Part shown: positions 25,301 to 39,519 of the stretch, piece after piece
How the letters are laid out: the number at the start of each line of letters is the position of its first letter
Position numbering within the stretch: the stretch's first letter is position 1
Assembly (NCBI RefSeq): GCF_006345805.1
Contig: NC_042999.1
Span: forward strand, 11,594,001-11,658,000
Direction of reading: 5' to 3'
Origin: Octopus sinensis
Taxonomy: Eukaryota
Length of the DNA: 64,000 bases
The notes under the pieces: generated by a model
The model's database searches: none
Seen by the model: only the letters and a program-made list of their open reading frames with translations
What the model was told of the DNA's origin: nothing
Program-made: the position numbers and the translations under genes

Positions 25301-26837
25301 TAACCTTTTGGCATTCAGATTATTCAGTCAAATACTTTTTAATTCACAGCAATCATGCATTTTCGTGTAGTTTCAAGATTTTGGTGATGTGACTCTCTAT
25401 ATTTAGAATGACACTGAAGGGTAAGTGTGAGAGGCCAGATCTGGCCTGTTTAAAAACTAAAGGGTTCAAGCAATGGCGGAATGAGTCACCAGCATCCGGG
25501 GCAAGTGTTGCAGAACTTCTTTTTTAATGATTACTATTTTATTTTCTTTTTCTTTTTAAATTTTACACTCAAAACAAATGCTCCCAAATCCCGGCAAGAC
25601 TTTGCCCCTGGAGGAAAGCTTTGAGTTAGAATAAATAGGTGACATGCAAGCGAGGGAGTTAGAATCTATAGATGTGCATGCAAAGATTAGTTTTCGAGAT
25701 ATATTTAGTGTGTTAGGTTAGAACAGGGGTTGGCAAGGTGATCAATACTAACCACAGGGAGTCTGTATGGCTATCTTAAGGAATCAACAAACAATTTGGA
25801 GCATTAAGGGTGTTGGAATTATTAGCGAACCAAATCTAGATGAGCAAGGGTACTCACTAATTTCCAACCAAATATTTGATGCAAAAACTAGTATTCACCA
25901 AACATGTATTTCACTTTAAATATTCCAACTATATCAATATCACTGAATTTTTATTGTTCTTTATCAATTTCATTAAGTATGTTCATTAAATTTCTGTAAA
26001 AGTATTTCTTACTAAAAAGTGGTAAAGACACAATAGATGAAAGGAATTATTGTTTGTAAATGAAGAAATTTCTTTAGCAAATTATCGATTTTAATCTCAT
26101 TGAAGAAATTTACATGATGGGAGTTGATGAGTTAGCAATGATTCCATAAAGGAAAGATTGGTGACCCCTGGGATGGATTTTAGGTGCAGGGTGAGAGAGT
26201 AGTGAAAAACAAAGACAAGGTGTCAGTCACATGTTTAACTCTGAACACCAAATGAATTAATATTTAGAAATAAACAAAATTCAAGATTCAATGTTCTTCT
26301 CAGCATAGTTTTGACCCGGCAAGTTCTTATACACTTGTCATTCAACAAGCTAGAGTTAGCAACCAAATCTCCCTCAAATGACATCCACATCAATTCCAGT
26401 ACTTGGCTGACCCTGGAAAGATGAAAGCAAACTTTACCTTGGCAGGATTTGAACTCAGAACATAGAGAATGACTGTAAGTAAGTACCACAAAGACATTTT
26501 CCCAACACCCTATCATTCAACCAAATAACCCATAAATCACTCTTTCATAGAGCCTCTAAGTTGTTTTTTAAAAATCTGTGTTTGACAGGATATACCACCA
26601 TGACCACCACCATCATCATTTTAACTTCTGCTTTTCCATGCCTGCATGGATCAGATTGAATTCTTCACAACAGATTTTCAATGGCTGGATGCCCTTCCTG
26701 TTGCTAACCCTCACCTGTTTCCAAGCAATGGAATATTTCCTCATGATGAGAGAGGTTTTCACAAAAATGTTTGAAATGAATGACACTGTTTGTGTGACAG
26801 TAAAACTTGTTTACAATTATTACATAATATGATGGCA

Positions 26838-26882
<45 letters not shown>

Positions 26883-29800
26883 GTATGTGTGTATGCACAT
26901 AAGCTTCTTTCAGTTTCCATCTATCAAATCCACTCAAACTACGGCTACAGTAGAAAACACTAACCGAAGGTGCCACATAGTGGGACTCGAGCACAAAACC
27001 AGGCTTCTACCTCTGGAGATCGTACAAAAAATTACTGACACATTTCATGTGGAAAATTATAAAAGAAAAATTATTTTAAAGTTTGAAATTTAGAAAGAGA
27101 AAAAACCTACAGCAGAGTTTAGCTTATCTTGCTTTCTTAATAAAGTCTGTGGGTAGAACAAAATGATTTGTAACATGCTTTGTCTTAACAATCATACATT
27201 TGTGTTAAGTTTTCTAAAGCTTTAGGTTATAGTTTTAAAAATCTGTGGCACACCATTTGAGGGCCACTTCTCTGCCATCTTGAAAATGGAGGACACATTG
27301 GATTACTGTATTCCCAGATACACAATACCGGTGAAAAATGGAGGGATGGGCAGGGTCAGAAAGCACTGATTAATGGGCTGCTGGATCAAGGCTAATTTTG
27401 AGTTTTAAATAACAACAAGAATAAAGGAAATATTTGTCTATGATTTAGAGCACAAGGCCAGCAATATTGAGGGGAGGGATTCAACTGGTTCCATTGACCC
27501 CAGCACATAACAGGTACTTTATTTTATCAACTCCAAAAGAATGAAAGGCAAAGTTGACCTCAGAAGGATTCAAATTCAAAATGTCAGAGTTGGAATAAAT
27601 AGTACAAAATATTTTGTTTAATGTTTTAATAATTCTGCCAATCATCAAATTCTACAGGAGAGGAAATAATAAAGAAAAAAAAAAGAGCATGGAGTGTTAT
27701 TAAGGCATTTATTGGTGTAATATGATTGTTGACAAAACAAAATTGAAGTGATGGAATTAATTTTAGGTTCTAAACCAATATTTACCATCAACCACACCAC
27801 CTCCCTTGTTCATCACTCACCACATTTTCCCCTACCCACCCCCATCTCTAGCAATGTTACTTTCCTCTCCCACATTCCCTATTTTGTAGGGTGGCCATGT
27901 ATCTCCCCTACAGCAAAATCCTTGAGCTTGTCCCTCAGCCTCTCAATATCAAGCATAAAAACCACCTCCCTACATACTCTTCACTCAAGGAGTCATGTTT
28001 TGCAGGGTACTTGGGGACCTCACTGGTGCTGGTGCCATAAAAAAAATGACCCACTCTGTAAAATGGTTAGTGTTAGGAAGGGCATCCAGTCATAGAAACC
28101 ATGCCGAAGCTGATGTTGGAGCTTGACAGTCCTGCAGCCTGTAAGATCCTGTCTAACCAATCAACCCATGCCAGCATGGAAAACAGACATTTGATAATAA
28201 TGATGATGATGATGAAATATTTAAATATTATTATCACGATGAGCATCAATCGGCCACAGCATCATTTACCATCCGCTTTCCATGTTTGCATGGGTTTGAT
28301 GGTTCGACAGGAGCTGGCAAGTTGGAGGACTTCACTAAACCCCAGTCGCCTGTTTTGGCACTGGGTGCCCTTCCTAACACCAACCACTTTAAAGAGTGCT
28401 CCACTGGGTGCATTTTTACACAGCACTGGCACTCGTGCTTTTGACACAAAACAGAAAAGACAGATGTTATCAGCAGGAGTTCTTTCAACATTACAAAGCT
28501 AAGATGGAGAGAGCAGAAAGACACACAGACTTCCAGAAACCGTTTCTCTAATCGTATTTGGACGAACTGTAGCAGCTGTGAACCAAAACAATACAACTAG
28601 AAGGAAATATGCAAGGTGGGAGTTTTAAATATTAAATATAAATATGGTTGGGTCTCATATATTTTAGGGAACTGAAAAACTTTGAGTAGCTAAGATTATC
28701 CATGCAATTAGTAGAAAAAAAAAACCTTCCTCCAGGAGTGTCTAAAATCTGAAAGCAACAATCAAGTGAGATAACTCCACTGATAAGATCAGTTGATTGA
28801 ATTTTTTTTTGGGGGGGGGGGCTCAATAGAGACAATGGAGATTGATTTAATGGATTTGGTCTTTGAAACCGAATTGTAAAAGCAAGGCATGTTTCGGTAT
28901 TATAGGACCTCTTCAGCTGAGCATCTACTCCATAATAAGTCTATATATGTAGAAATAAATGGAGTGTAGTGACACTAATTATGAAGATCAATTATGTGAG
29001 TGGTTGAAAATACTTCAAAAGAATGTTTTATGATACTGATGAAAAAAATATTAGGAACATATCAGTAATTTTAACTCCCATATTTGCTGGGATATTACAC
29101 ATCTTTTTTTATATCTTTAAATGTATCAAATAATTGCCCAGCATCTAATGTAGCTGTATTATGGATGGGAGGCTGAGTACCATAGACTAGGGAGCCAAAA
29201 TGAGCAGAAGCCTGCTAGGTCCATTAATTGTTGCTTTTAATAAAATAGGGGAAATAAACCAAAACATCAGTTTGTTAGCATAAACTTAGGAAAAAGTTAC
29301 TTTTGGTACATTGGCAGTTAAGTGGGGGAAGTCCCCTTATGTCATCACATCTCCTTTCCCAACATACATAACCCGCACCTAATATTGGTCTTTCATCATT
29401 TAATGACTTTATTACCTTTAAGAAACATTTTTTAAAAAAATTATCTCAATGAAAATTCTTGTAGAAAGATGAGAGGAATGTTAAATTTCCATCTGCCTGT
29501 CAACTCTTTGCAATGAATGGATGACAAGAAAAACATAGCAGTGGCGTGTGCCACCCTGATGACTGAGTACAGTTATAGGAAACATAACAGGCAGAAATAC
29601 AAGTTCTAACTCCTGCCTGGCGGTTGTCTTGGCCAAAATATAAACAACCATTCAGTGGATGAGAAAGGAAATAAAGCAGGAATATGGTTCTCTCATAACA
29701 TTAGATCATATTTATGATAACTTTATGGGTTTCATGTCTTAATCCAGTTTATTGCCACAGCATTGTAGTTCCATGCACAGAATCAGTTATCTTCTCCACA

Positions 29801-30144
29801 AGAAAAAAAAAAAAAAGTCACTTCAAAATATCTCTCAATAAATCTATGATAAAAACATATTCAATTGGTTTGTCCACAAGATAACCTTGTAAAATAGGTG
29901 CACTTTATGCAACGGTGCATCTTTCAACACCAGCAAATATGGCAGCTATTGTTAAACTTAGTACAAGAACACGAGAAATGCCAAAATAAAAATAAGACCA
30001 AGCACACACACACACATACAATCTGCTAATGGAAATCACACACACACACACACACAGATATACATACACATATCCACATACAAAATAATTAAATGGAGCT
30101 AATATTATACTTTGACTGTGACCTTAATTAAGTGAAGCAGACGA

Positions 30145-30179
<35 letters not shown>

Positions 30180-32244
30180 AGTGGAACTAGAAAGACATGT
30201 AAAGAGAAGCAAACAGTGGAGCTTTTAGAAACTTCTATTTATCTTCCTACTTTATTCAACAACAGCTGACCCTTACGATATCACACAACATTATTAGAAA
30301 CCCGAGGAAAAATTCACAACAACCAACAAACAGGATCACTAACACAAATTTGTGGGTTCTTACACAGAGAATGGTACGAATTTCTCAACACGTTTATATC
30401 CTTCACCATATTTAGACTAAAATAACAACAAACTTCGATTCACAACCGTATTTTTGTAAAAATAATACTGAATTGCTGTCTGTGAATGTCATCTTTCAAT
30501 TTATTTTGATAAAACCAGCTTTTTAGTGTTCGTGCACTTCTGTATAATTCATGTTTCTCCAAAACAAAGTCCAAGAAATTCTCCTTGAAACAAATCTGCA
30601 GTCAAAGACCTGCCTAAGTTTGTACCCATCAATGTGTATGGTGTTGATGCCATGTAAAAAGCACCCAGTCCACTCTGGAAAATGGTCGGTGTTAGAAGGG
30701 TATCCATCTGTAAAAAACATGCCAGCCAAAGTGGAGAGGGGAGCTTGGCACAGTTGTGTGGCTGACCAGCTCCTGTCAAACCTCCCCACAACTCATGTTG
30801 GCATGGAAAGTGGACATTAGATGATGATGTATATATAAATAAATGTATACACGTGGAAGATGAATTGTGTTAGAAGTAGAGCTCTATATTACCTTCATCC
30901 TCACTGGAACACCTGTCCATGGATCGGATGGAGTTTGTTGAGGCAGATGCCCTTCCTGTTGCCAGCCATCACCTATTTCCAAATAAGTTTCCAAGGGCAA
31001 ACATGATTCTTCCAGAATGCTGGAAATGAACGACACCTCTCGTATGACAGTGACTATGTCAAGACAAGGACACACACATGCTCACACACATATATACATG
31101 TATATATATGATGGGCTTCTTTTAGTTTCCCTTCAATGTGTATGGTGTTGATGCCATGTAAAAAGCACCCAGTCCACTCTGGAAAATGGTCGGTGTTAGA
31201 AGGGTATCCATCTGTAAAATCATAATGGTTTGATTGAATAATCAACCAAAGCAAGCAGAAGACACTTGCCCAAGGTTCCACAAGGTGAAACTGAACCTGA
31301 AACCATGTGGTTGGCAAACAAATTTTTTACCCACCTGGCCACACTTGTATGGTAAACTCTCCTCTGGTCACCGTGACAGAGAAGCACTAAAGACATCTAA
31401 GGAATCCTTCCAGAAACGTCTCGGTACCTGCCATGTTGATCACCAGTGATCTGTTCTTGTCACTAAGTGTGAGCATCTCAATATTCTCAGGGCAACAGCC
31501 TCTGGGGTGGGGTCTTCAAGAGAAAAAAAAAAAAAAAGGAAGGAAAACAAGGACACTACAACCAGCCCTGGTCAGCCTCTGCAGTTGTGCCGGTTTGTCC
31601 TGAATCAGACTGGTCAGACATCAGCAAGTCTGCAACAGACATTCACCTCAGTAAATCTTCACTCACCAAGCCAAGACGTGTGTGTGTGTGTAGGTATATG
31701 TACACGCGTGCATGCATTTGCTTACAACAAACAAGTCATGATGGCTAATATAAAAGTTCGTTATGTTAATTACCAATGGCATTCAACAAACGAAGCGGGG
31801 GTGAGAAGGTAAACTCTGCACTTATTAAGTTGTTAATTACGTATTTTTCTTAAACAAGTGGAAAAGTTTCAAGATTTCTACGTGGTGATTGTTTTATTCT
31901 TAGAATGACATTGTAGGGTAGGTGTGATAGGCTGGATCTGACCAGTTTGAACATAAAACAGGAAAACTATTTTGGCCGGATATGGCTGCTTTAAATGCTA
32001 AAGGGTTAAAAGTGACCAAAAAATTTTATAGACTCTCTTCACACGATTCAGTTTCTGGAGAGACCAAACTGTCATCAGCCCTACCTCCATCTCAACTGTC
32101 GACGGTTGCAGCAGTTGAGCTTTGGAGACCATTCATTCAACATATACACACACATATATACAATAAACGCTCATGTGTGTGTGTGGGCAGCCATGGTTGT
32201 GTGGTAAGAAGTTTGCTTTCTAACCACATAGTTTCGGGTTCAGT

Positions 32245-32542
32245 TTTCCTTCTCAAGCCAGGCCTGGCTCATAAGGGCCGGTTTCCCGGTTTCCTTGGCG
32301 TATAGGTTCCCCACCTGGACAGGACGCCGGTCCATCACAGGTGAGCTGCAAGATGCAGGAGGAAAGAGTGAGAGAAAGTTGTGGTGAAAGAGTCAGCAGA
32401 AGTTCGCCATTACCTTCTGCCGGAGCCGCGTGGAGCTTAGGTGTTTCGCTCATAAACACACACGTCGCCTGGTCTGAGATTTGAACCCGCAATCCCTCGA
32501 CCGCAAGTCTGCTGCTCTAACTACTAGGCCATGTGCCTCCAC
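32245..32542 (-). mobile_element. tRNA-derived SINE (family E) inserted into a family-B SINE, with a 13-bp TSD
   Basis: The minus-strand head is GTGGAGGCACATGGCCTAGTAGTTAGAGCAGCAGAC...GGGTTCAAATC (A and B boxes). The flanks are TTTCGGGTTCAGT (32232-32244) and TTTTGGGTTCAGT (32543-32555). Confidence 0.8.
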
Positions 32543-32659
32543 TTTTGGGTTCAGTCCCACTGCATGATACTTTGAGCAATAGCCTGAATTCTACCAAAGA
32601 CTTGCGAATAGATTTGGTAGATGGAAACTGAAAGAAGCCAGTCATATATGTATATGTAA

Positions 32660-32690
<31 letters not shown>

Positions 32691-33084
32691 GTTCTTCTTT
32701 GTGATTGTCCCCCCCCACCACCACCATTTGACAACTAGTATCAGTTCGTCTACATCCCCATAACTTAGTGGTTCGGCAAAATAGACTGATAGAATTAATA
32801 TCAGACCTGAAGAAGAATAAAAATAGGTATTGTGGTTAATTCGTTCTACGAACAATCCTACAAGGCTGTGCTCTAGCATGGCCGCAATCACATGACTGAA
32901 ACAAGTAAAAAGATAAGAGATAATATATATACACACATACACACATGCATACAGGAAGGGCATCCAGGCATAGAAAATCTGCCTCAACAAATTCTGTCTC
33001 ACCCATGCATGGAAAAGTGGATGTTAAAATGATGATGATGATCATCATCATCAGACACAATGTGTGTATGTGAATATACATATA

Positions 33085-33124
<40 letters not shown>

Positions 33125-34603
33125 GATGTAAGTATGTACATATACATATGTATATATGCATATATATTATTATTATTATATGATTGAATGCCACGTATCC
33201 TCTTCCAAGTAAGTTTTATCTATCTACATATATTATATAAATATATATATATATATATATACACATACATATAAATACGCGTGTCATGTAACAGACACCC
33301 ATAAAGGTGGCATGTAAAAAGCACCTTTCGAGTGTTGGGCTTCAGAGAGGCAATGATGAATAACGAAGACCTTTGGCATTATGTTGGGCTTGAGAAGAAG
33401 ACCCATCAAACCAAGTAAAATTGCAGTCATGGCAGATACTGGTGTCATGCAAATGGCGCCTGTGCCAGTGGCACGTAAAAGCACCCATTACACTCTCAAA
33501 GTGGTTGGAGTCAGGAAGGGCAGCCACCTGTAGAAACCATGCCAAATCAGACTGGAGTCTGACACAGCTTACCAGCCCTGGTCAAACTGTCCAATCCACG
33601 CCAGCATGGACAATGGATGATAAATGATGATACACATACACATGTCTGTGTGTGCCAAAATATTCTTACAACACTAAAAAAAAATACAAAAGAAAGACAA
33701 AGGACGCAAGAAGTTAATTATTAACCATTTAACCTGAACCACTTGGAAGCCATTTGAAAAAGTAATATTTTGAGGAACGATTTAGATATATTTTAGAAAG
33801 AGGGAAACAATAGGAGGCCACTGGGGCATAACTTTAAATAAAATTCAAATCATAAACTATAAATGTTTTCTTTGTAAATTAATGTATTTAAAAAGAATTT
33901 TGGGGCTGAGTCCCAGTGCAAGGCAGGTGTCTTCTACGACGGTTTGAGTGAATTTGGTAGACAGAAATTGTGGAAGCACAACGAGTTTGCTACAAGCGTT
34001 AGGAAAGGCATCGAGCCGTAGAGATTATGGCAAAACTGACCTGAAGCACAATGCAAACCTACAGCTGGTCAGATTATGTCAATCCGTCCAACCCATGCCA
34101 GCACGGAAAACGGAAGTGGAATGATAATTATGATGTGTGTATGTGTGACCTCCACCGCTTGATAACTGGTGTTAGTTTGTTTACCTCCCTGTAAGAGTCG
34201 CTCGGAAATTTAAACCGATAGAATAAATACCAGATTTGAAAACAATAATAGCAGGGGGCGAATGTGTTCCACTAAGGCCTTCGAAAGGAGTTGCTGTATC
34301 ATGACCCCAGTGAAATGCCAGAAACAAAAGATAACAGATAAAGAATGATAAACTGAATGGAATGTAGAATGAAGAAGAAAGGAGAGAGATGGAGGACGAC
34401 GATCAATGAATGACGGCTAATTAAGAAGAAACACTAATTAAGAGTAACATCATGGTTCAGTTAACAGCAGTTGCAGGGGGAGGTCAAAGGGAAAGGTGAC
34501 GGGGGGATCCCTGCTGAGAAGTATTTGCAAACCAAGCCATACACACATATGTATGGATGCCATTCACCTCCCTACTCAGACATATTTAAGTCGTGTCCTT
34601 TCA

Positions 34604-34647
<44 letters not shown>

Positions 34648-34649
<2 letters not shown>

Positions 34650-34807
34650 GTCTTACAGCTGTTTCTAGGATATATATTCATTATATCCCTTCATCGGAGA
34701 CGGTGTGAGAGGATTTTGTATCACATCTAAACTAACTTTGACTCACACAGTCTCCGACGATGAAGGGATATAATGAATAAATATCCTAGAAACAGCTGTT
34801 AAGACCT
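34648..34807. mobile_element. Hairpin element with about 62/66-bp arms, each containing a hammerhead-like motif; Penelope-like derivative
   Basis: 34648-34709 is the reverse complement of 34742-34807 with 2 substitution or 1-nt differences plus one more mismatch and a 3-nt indel. The motif is GTCT-CCGA(T/C)GA-stem-GAAA-C-AGCT-GT(T)A-AGAC. It sits directly next to (TA)n. Confidence 0.7.
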
Positions 34808-35110
34808 TCTATCTATAAACGCTCTAATGTCGATACAGCCTTCGTTTTTTTCTCCTATTACACAAAAAATTCATATATATACACACACACACACATGTAT
34901 ATAAATACATATGTATATGGGTATATATATATGTACACATACTTATAAACTTGTTTAATTATATATACACATTTATGTATGAATGTGTGTGTGTATATAT
35001 GTGTGCATATATTTGTATGTGTGTACATATCTATGTGGATAATATGTATGTGCGCGCGCACACATACTTATATATATATATATATCTACATATACACATT
35101 TTTATATATG

Positions 35111-35164
<54 letters not shown>

Positions 35165-36070
35165 TATTTATAAATATGGACATATATATGGCCACGCTCG
35201 TGAGCTGAAAGTAGATAAAATAAAATAAAATAAAAATAAAAAATATATACATACATATATATATATGTGTGTGTGTGTGTGTAGACACACATGAACACGT
35301 TCTGACCGACCATAAATATATATATATATATATAGAAGGTTGAAATCTCTTTATTTACTTCTTCAGTCAGTTTTGCCAAGTTGGTCGTCGGTCAGAAAGT
35401 GTTCATGTGTGTCTGCAAGACATTGGACGATGGAACAAAAAAAGGGGGAGAAAAAGCCAGACAACAATAGGGGAACGGAGAAGGCAGAGGCAGGGCGACG
35501 TAGGCGAGGCAGAGACGGGCATAGAGAAACACTTTCAGGCAGGAGTTTGGCTGTCTCTTTTTCCTTTCCCCCAAACAGTTTTATTATAAACTGCCACAAC
35601 AGATTAAAGTTGAACTTCCTTCATCTCCCAACGATTTGCAGAGAGACGGAGAGCCCCTTGCAAGGGATTCAGACACTGACATCGATAAACCATTTCTTCA
35701 CCGAAAAGAATAAGGGAAAAAAAAAAAAGGACTACTACCAACTGTGTATGTATGTAATGGGTGTCTGTGTGTATATATATACACACACGCATTCACGCGC
35801 GCGCACACGTACATATTATCCACATAGATATGTACACACATACATACACACACACACATTCATACATGCGTATATATTATTAAACAAGTTTATATGTATA
35901 TAAATATATATATAATTAAACAAATGTTTATATATATATATATATATATATATAAACAAACGTTTATATATATATACATACAAACATGTTTATATATATA
36001 TTACATATATATATTACATACAAACATGTTTATATATATATATATATATATATATAAACATGTTTGTATG

Positions 36071-36101
<31 letters not shown>

Positions 36102-36825
36102 TATATATACATATACATTGTTTGGGTTGTTTATAGAATAAATGCCAGTTCTGTTTCAACCAAATTAACTATTATTGACAGAAGCAAAAAGAAATTAAAA
36201 TCCTTATAAAAATAAAAAGTAGCTAATTTAATAATTAACAAATGAAAATAAATATGAAAAGTGACAAACTGCAGAATAAGTGATGAGATACATTAATAGA
36301 GGAAGACAAAGTAAATGGGTTTAATGTGATGTGGTGGAGGGTTTAAGAGAATGTTGGGGAATGAAAATAGGGCCATGGGCCATAACAAAACAAGGTGTCG
36401 ACAAGGGAACCAGGATCATAAAACGGAAAAAAAAGGTTAATTAAAAAGTTTGAGTGGTGAGGGGGTGGGGGGTGAGAAATAACAATTAAATAGGAAAATG
36501 TATGTTTAATTGTACCTGTGTTCGTTTGTATGTGTGTGTGTATTTTATATACACAAAACATACGTTATAGTGTACCATAATTTAGACATAGACTATTGTA
36601 TATTATGTTAATATAAATAGATACACACTTCTTATGTTTGGCTTAACTATATATATGTATATAGGATCTTTTCAATATATATATATATATATATATTCAA
36701 GCGTGTGTGCATATATATATATATATATGCACACACGCTTGAATAAGCATGTATATACACACATACATAAATATATATATATATATATATATATACTTTG
36801 ATAGGTTTCAGCCATTATTGGCCGA

Positions 36826-36884
<59 letters not shown>

Positions 36885-37173
36885 CCACCTATATACATAG
36901 AAACATATCACACACGTGTGTGTGTGTGTGTGTAAGTATGTATGGTGGAGTGAAGAGAAGTGTTGTCGTCGGCGGCCCTTGTGTCTTCACAATTCTTCTT
37001 TTCCGAAATATAGGTCAGCATGTCCACCACCTCCAGGCGTTAAGTTGAGGCGCGCACCTCCTCCATCGCATCATCGGTTCCCTACACTTTTTATATTCCA
37101 CATTTCTATGTTACGTGTTTGTCGTGTCTCCTCCATAAACAGTCGATAGTCACCTAAAATAGCAACTTTCCAG

Positions 37174-37448
37174 CTGATGTTGACGATGGAACTGGCTTCT
37201 CACAGAAATTTCCAAAGTCAACAGAAAAAGGAGAAAGAAAGAATAAAAGGCAAGGTTCTGGTGGAGCCAAAGATTCTAGTAGTAGTAATGGAATTGCTGG
37301 GAAGAATAGAGAAATGTCTTTATTACTGGCTGACATCAACCTCCATCTCTTTGTTTTGGGAGAGGAAGGGAAAGATCCCCTGACTGGCAAAATGGGACTC
37401 GAGACTACAACTTCGTTCAATAGTTTTACATTTAAGAAGGAAATTAAA
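37174..37448 (+). CDS. Candidate internal coding exon of an unidentified protein
   Basis: TTTCCAG| acceptor and AAA|GTGTGT donor. The stop-free frame reads (A)DVDDGTGFSQKFPKSTEKGERKNKRQGSGG...MSLLLADINLHLFVLGEEGKDPLTGKMGLETTTSFNSFTFKKEIK. No homolog was recognised. Confidence 0.3.
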
Positions 37449-38196
37449 GTGTGTTTGTTAATTAAGGGGGGATGGCGTTGAAAATAAATTGTAAGGATTT
37501 ATATAAATTGTTGGTTTTAAAAAGAGAAAGAAGAAATAATGTTAGCCTGACCTTTTGCCTTTAGGCTCTTTCCACAAGAATACACGGATATATTTATTGA
37601 TATCATCAACATACATATGCATATTTACACATAAATATCCATACACATATCTATACCTATACACAAAACAAATATATACATGTGTGTATATACATAAACA
37701 TACATACAAGCACAAATGCGCGCGCGTTTACTAGTTTAATAACCAAATTTAGAAAATTATTAAAACATAGCCAAAAGAAACGATTCTTCTCGTTTCCTTT
37801 TCTCAAATGGAATCGCATTAAAACTCATTCCGGAAAGTATCCAAGTCTTTATTTACCATGGAGGTTTCCAAACCATTTTCCCAGGAAGAAATGTTTTTCC
37901 TAAATTCCCTCGTAAATCAAAACCTTCCATCTGCCATATTAGGGGAAGACGGGAGAGGATTGGAAGGGCTTTGCTCCCTCTTTTGCAAATAAAGCAAAAC
38001 TTTGTATCAGAAAAAAGTTACATTTCGAGGATTTGGTCGACCAAACTAACAAAATTATAAACACTGGCAGACATATACAAGAGTGCATAAACGTGTGTGT
38101 GTATACACACAAATACACGTGCTTTATATTAACATTGTGTATGTATACAAGACACGTGTATATATATATACACACACACATCTGTACTGGATATAT

Positions 38197-38250
<54 letters not shown>

Positions 38251-39519
38251 TATATATGCAATACATAGGTATATATCTGGGTTTGCGTGTGGTGGTTATA
38301 GAGAATCCTCTTTAGTAATTGTCTGTTGATGTAATATAAATAAGCCTGCATGTGCTGCGTATGTGATGAGTGCTTTTTGTAGTGTAAGAGAAATGAATTA
38401 AAAGGCCAGAATAGCAGCAGCATGGCAGGTTTAGTGTTGGAATCGGAGCAGAGGTGGAGGAGAGGCAGTGAAGTTGGCCTAAGAGTGTCATCAACTTGCT
38501 TTCAAGTGTTACTGTCTTTCAAGTAGCAGACATTAGTACTAAATCGAACATGTATATTCAAGTGCGCGCACACATACATGTATACATATGAAGTATGTAC
38601 CATATATACATACATATATATATATATACACACACACACATACTTGAAGTCGTTTGAAGATGATGTTTAAATTAGGTAAGAGAATATAAAAATAAACAAA
38701 GCCAGTCACCACTTGACCAATAATAATAATAATAATTGTTTTCTGACACGAAGACAGCAATTGTGATGGGAGACGGACCCGAGGAGAGATGAAAGGCATC
38801 GTAGGCTCCAGCAGGAATTGAACCCGTCGGAAACAACAACAGCAATAACAATAATGTGTAACATTATGGTAAAAGGAATTGGAAACTATTTTATGTTGGT
38901 TGAAGGAACAATAGGGAAGTTGTCCCCGGAAGAATTTCGAAATAAGAACCGAAGCAAAAATAAACAATTGTGTAATTAATTTTAAAGTCGTTTATAAGTG
39001 GAGAATGTCTTTCTAAAGAAACGGGAATGGAGTATCAGAATTTCAAGAGAATAAAGATGTGTTGGTGTTTATTTCCCGATGACAATCAGCAATGTGGCTC
39101 CAACCATTTGTTTTGAAGACAACTGGAAGCTGAGAGATTTTGTGAGAGAATGTCAGGTAGAGGAATATGTGACATTCATGCCTTAGTATTTCCCTACTGG
39201 GGAAAATTTAGCGACCACAGGGAAGATTGAAACCGGATCAGAAATTTGATTAATCAAGTGTTTACCTCTGTAACAAGAGACAAAGCAAATTATGAGAGAA
39301 GATTAACAAAGTTCATTAATTCGATGCAGTATATTTATAATTATTGTTATTATTCCATGACAGCACCATTTGAACTCGAGATCTCTCTGTAAACGGAGTA
39401 TTTAAAAAGGCAAATCTGTTTGAAAGGGCAGAAATGTTGTTTTAGGGGTTACAAATGAATGAACAGTTAGGACAGAAGAAAGAGCAAAACCTTTATTATT
39501 CTATAATAATAATTACGAG

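Noticed and set aside
32440-32542. tRNA-like sequence with A and B boxes (also the heads of SINE families B and D)
   Set aside because: There is no complete cloverleaf or acceptor stem, and the sequence continues into a SINE body with a TSD, so it is a SINE head and not a tRNA gene.
35340-35903. 187-aa ORF
   Set aside because: It runs through purine-rich and microsatellite tracts and across a strong acceptor; the better-supported frame is listed under the candidate exons.
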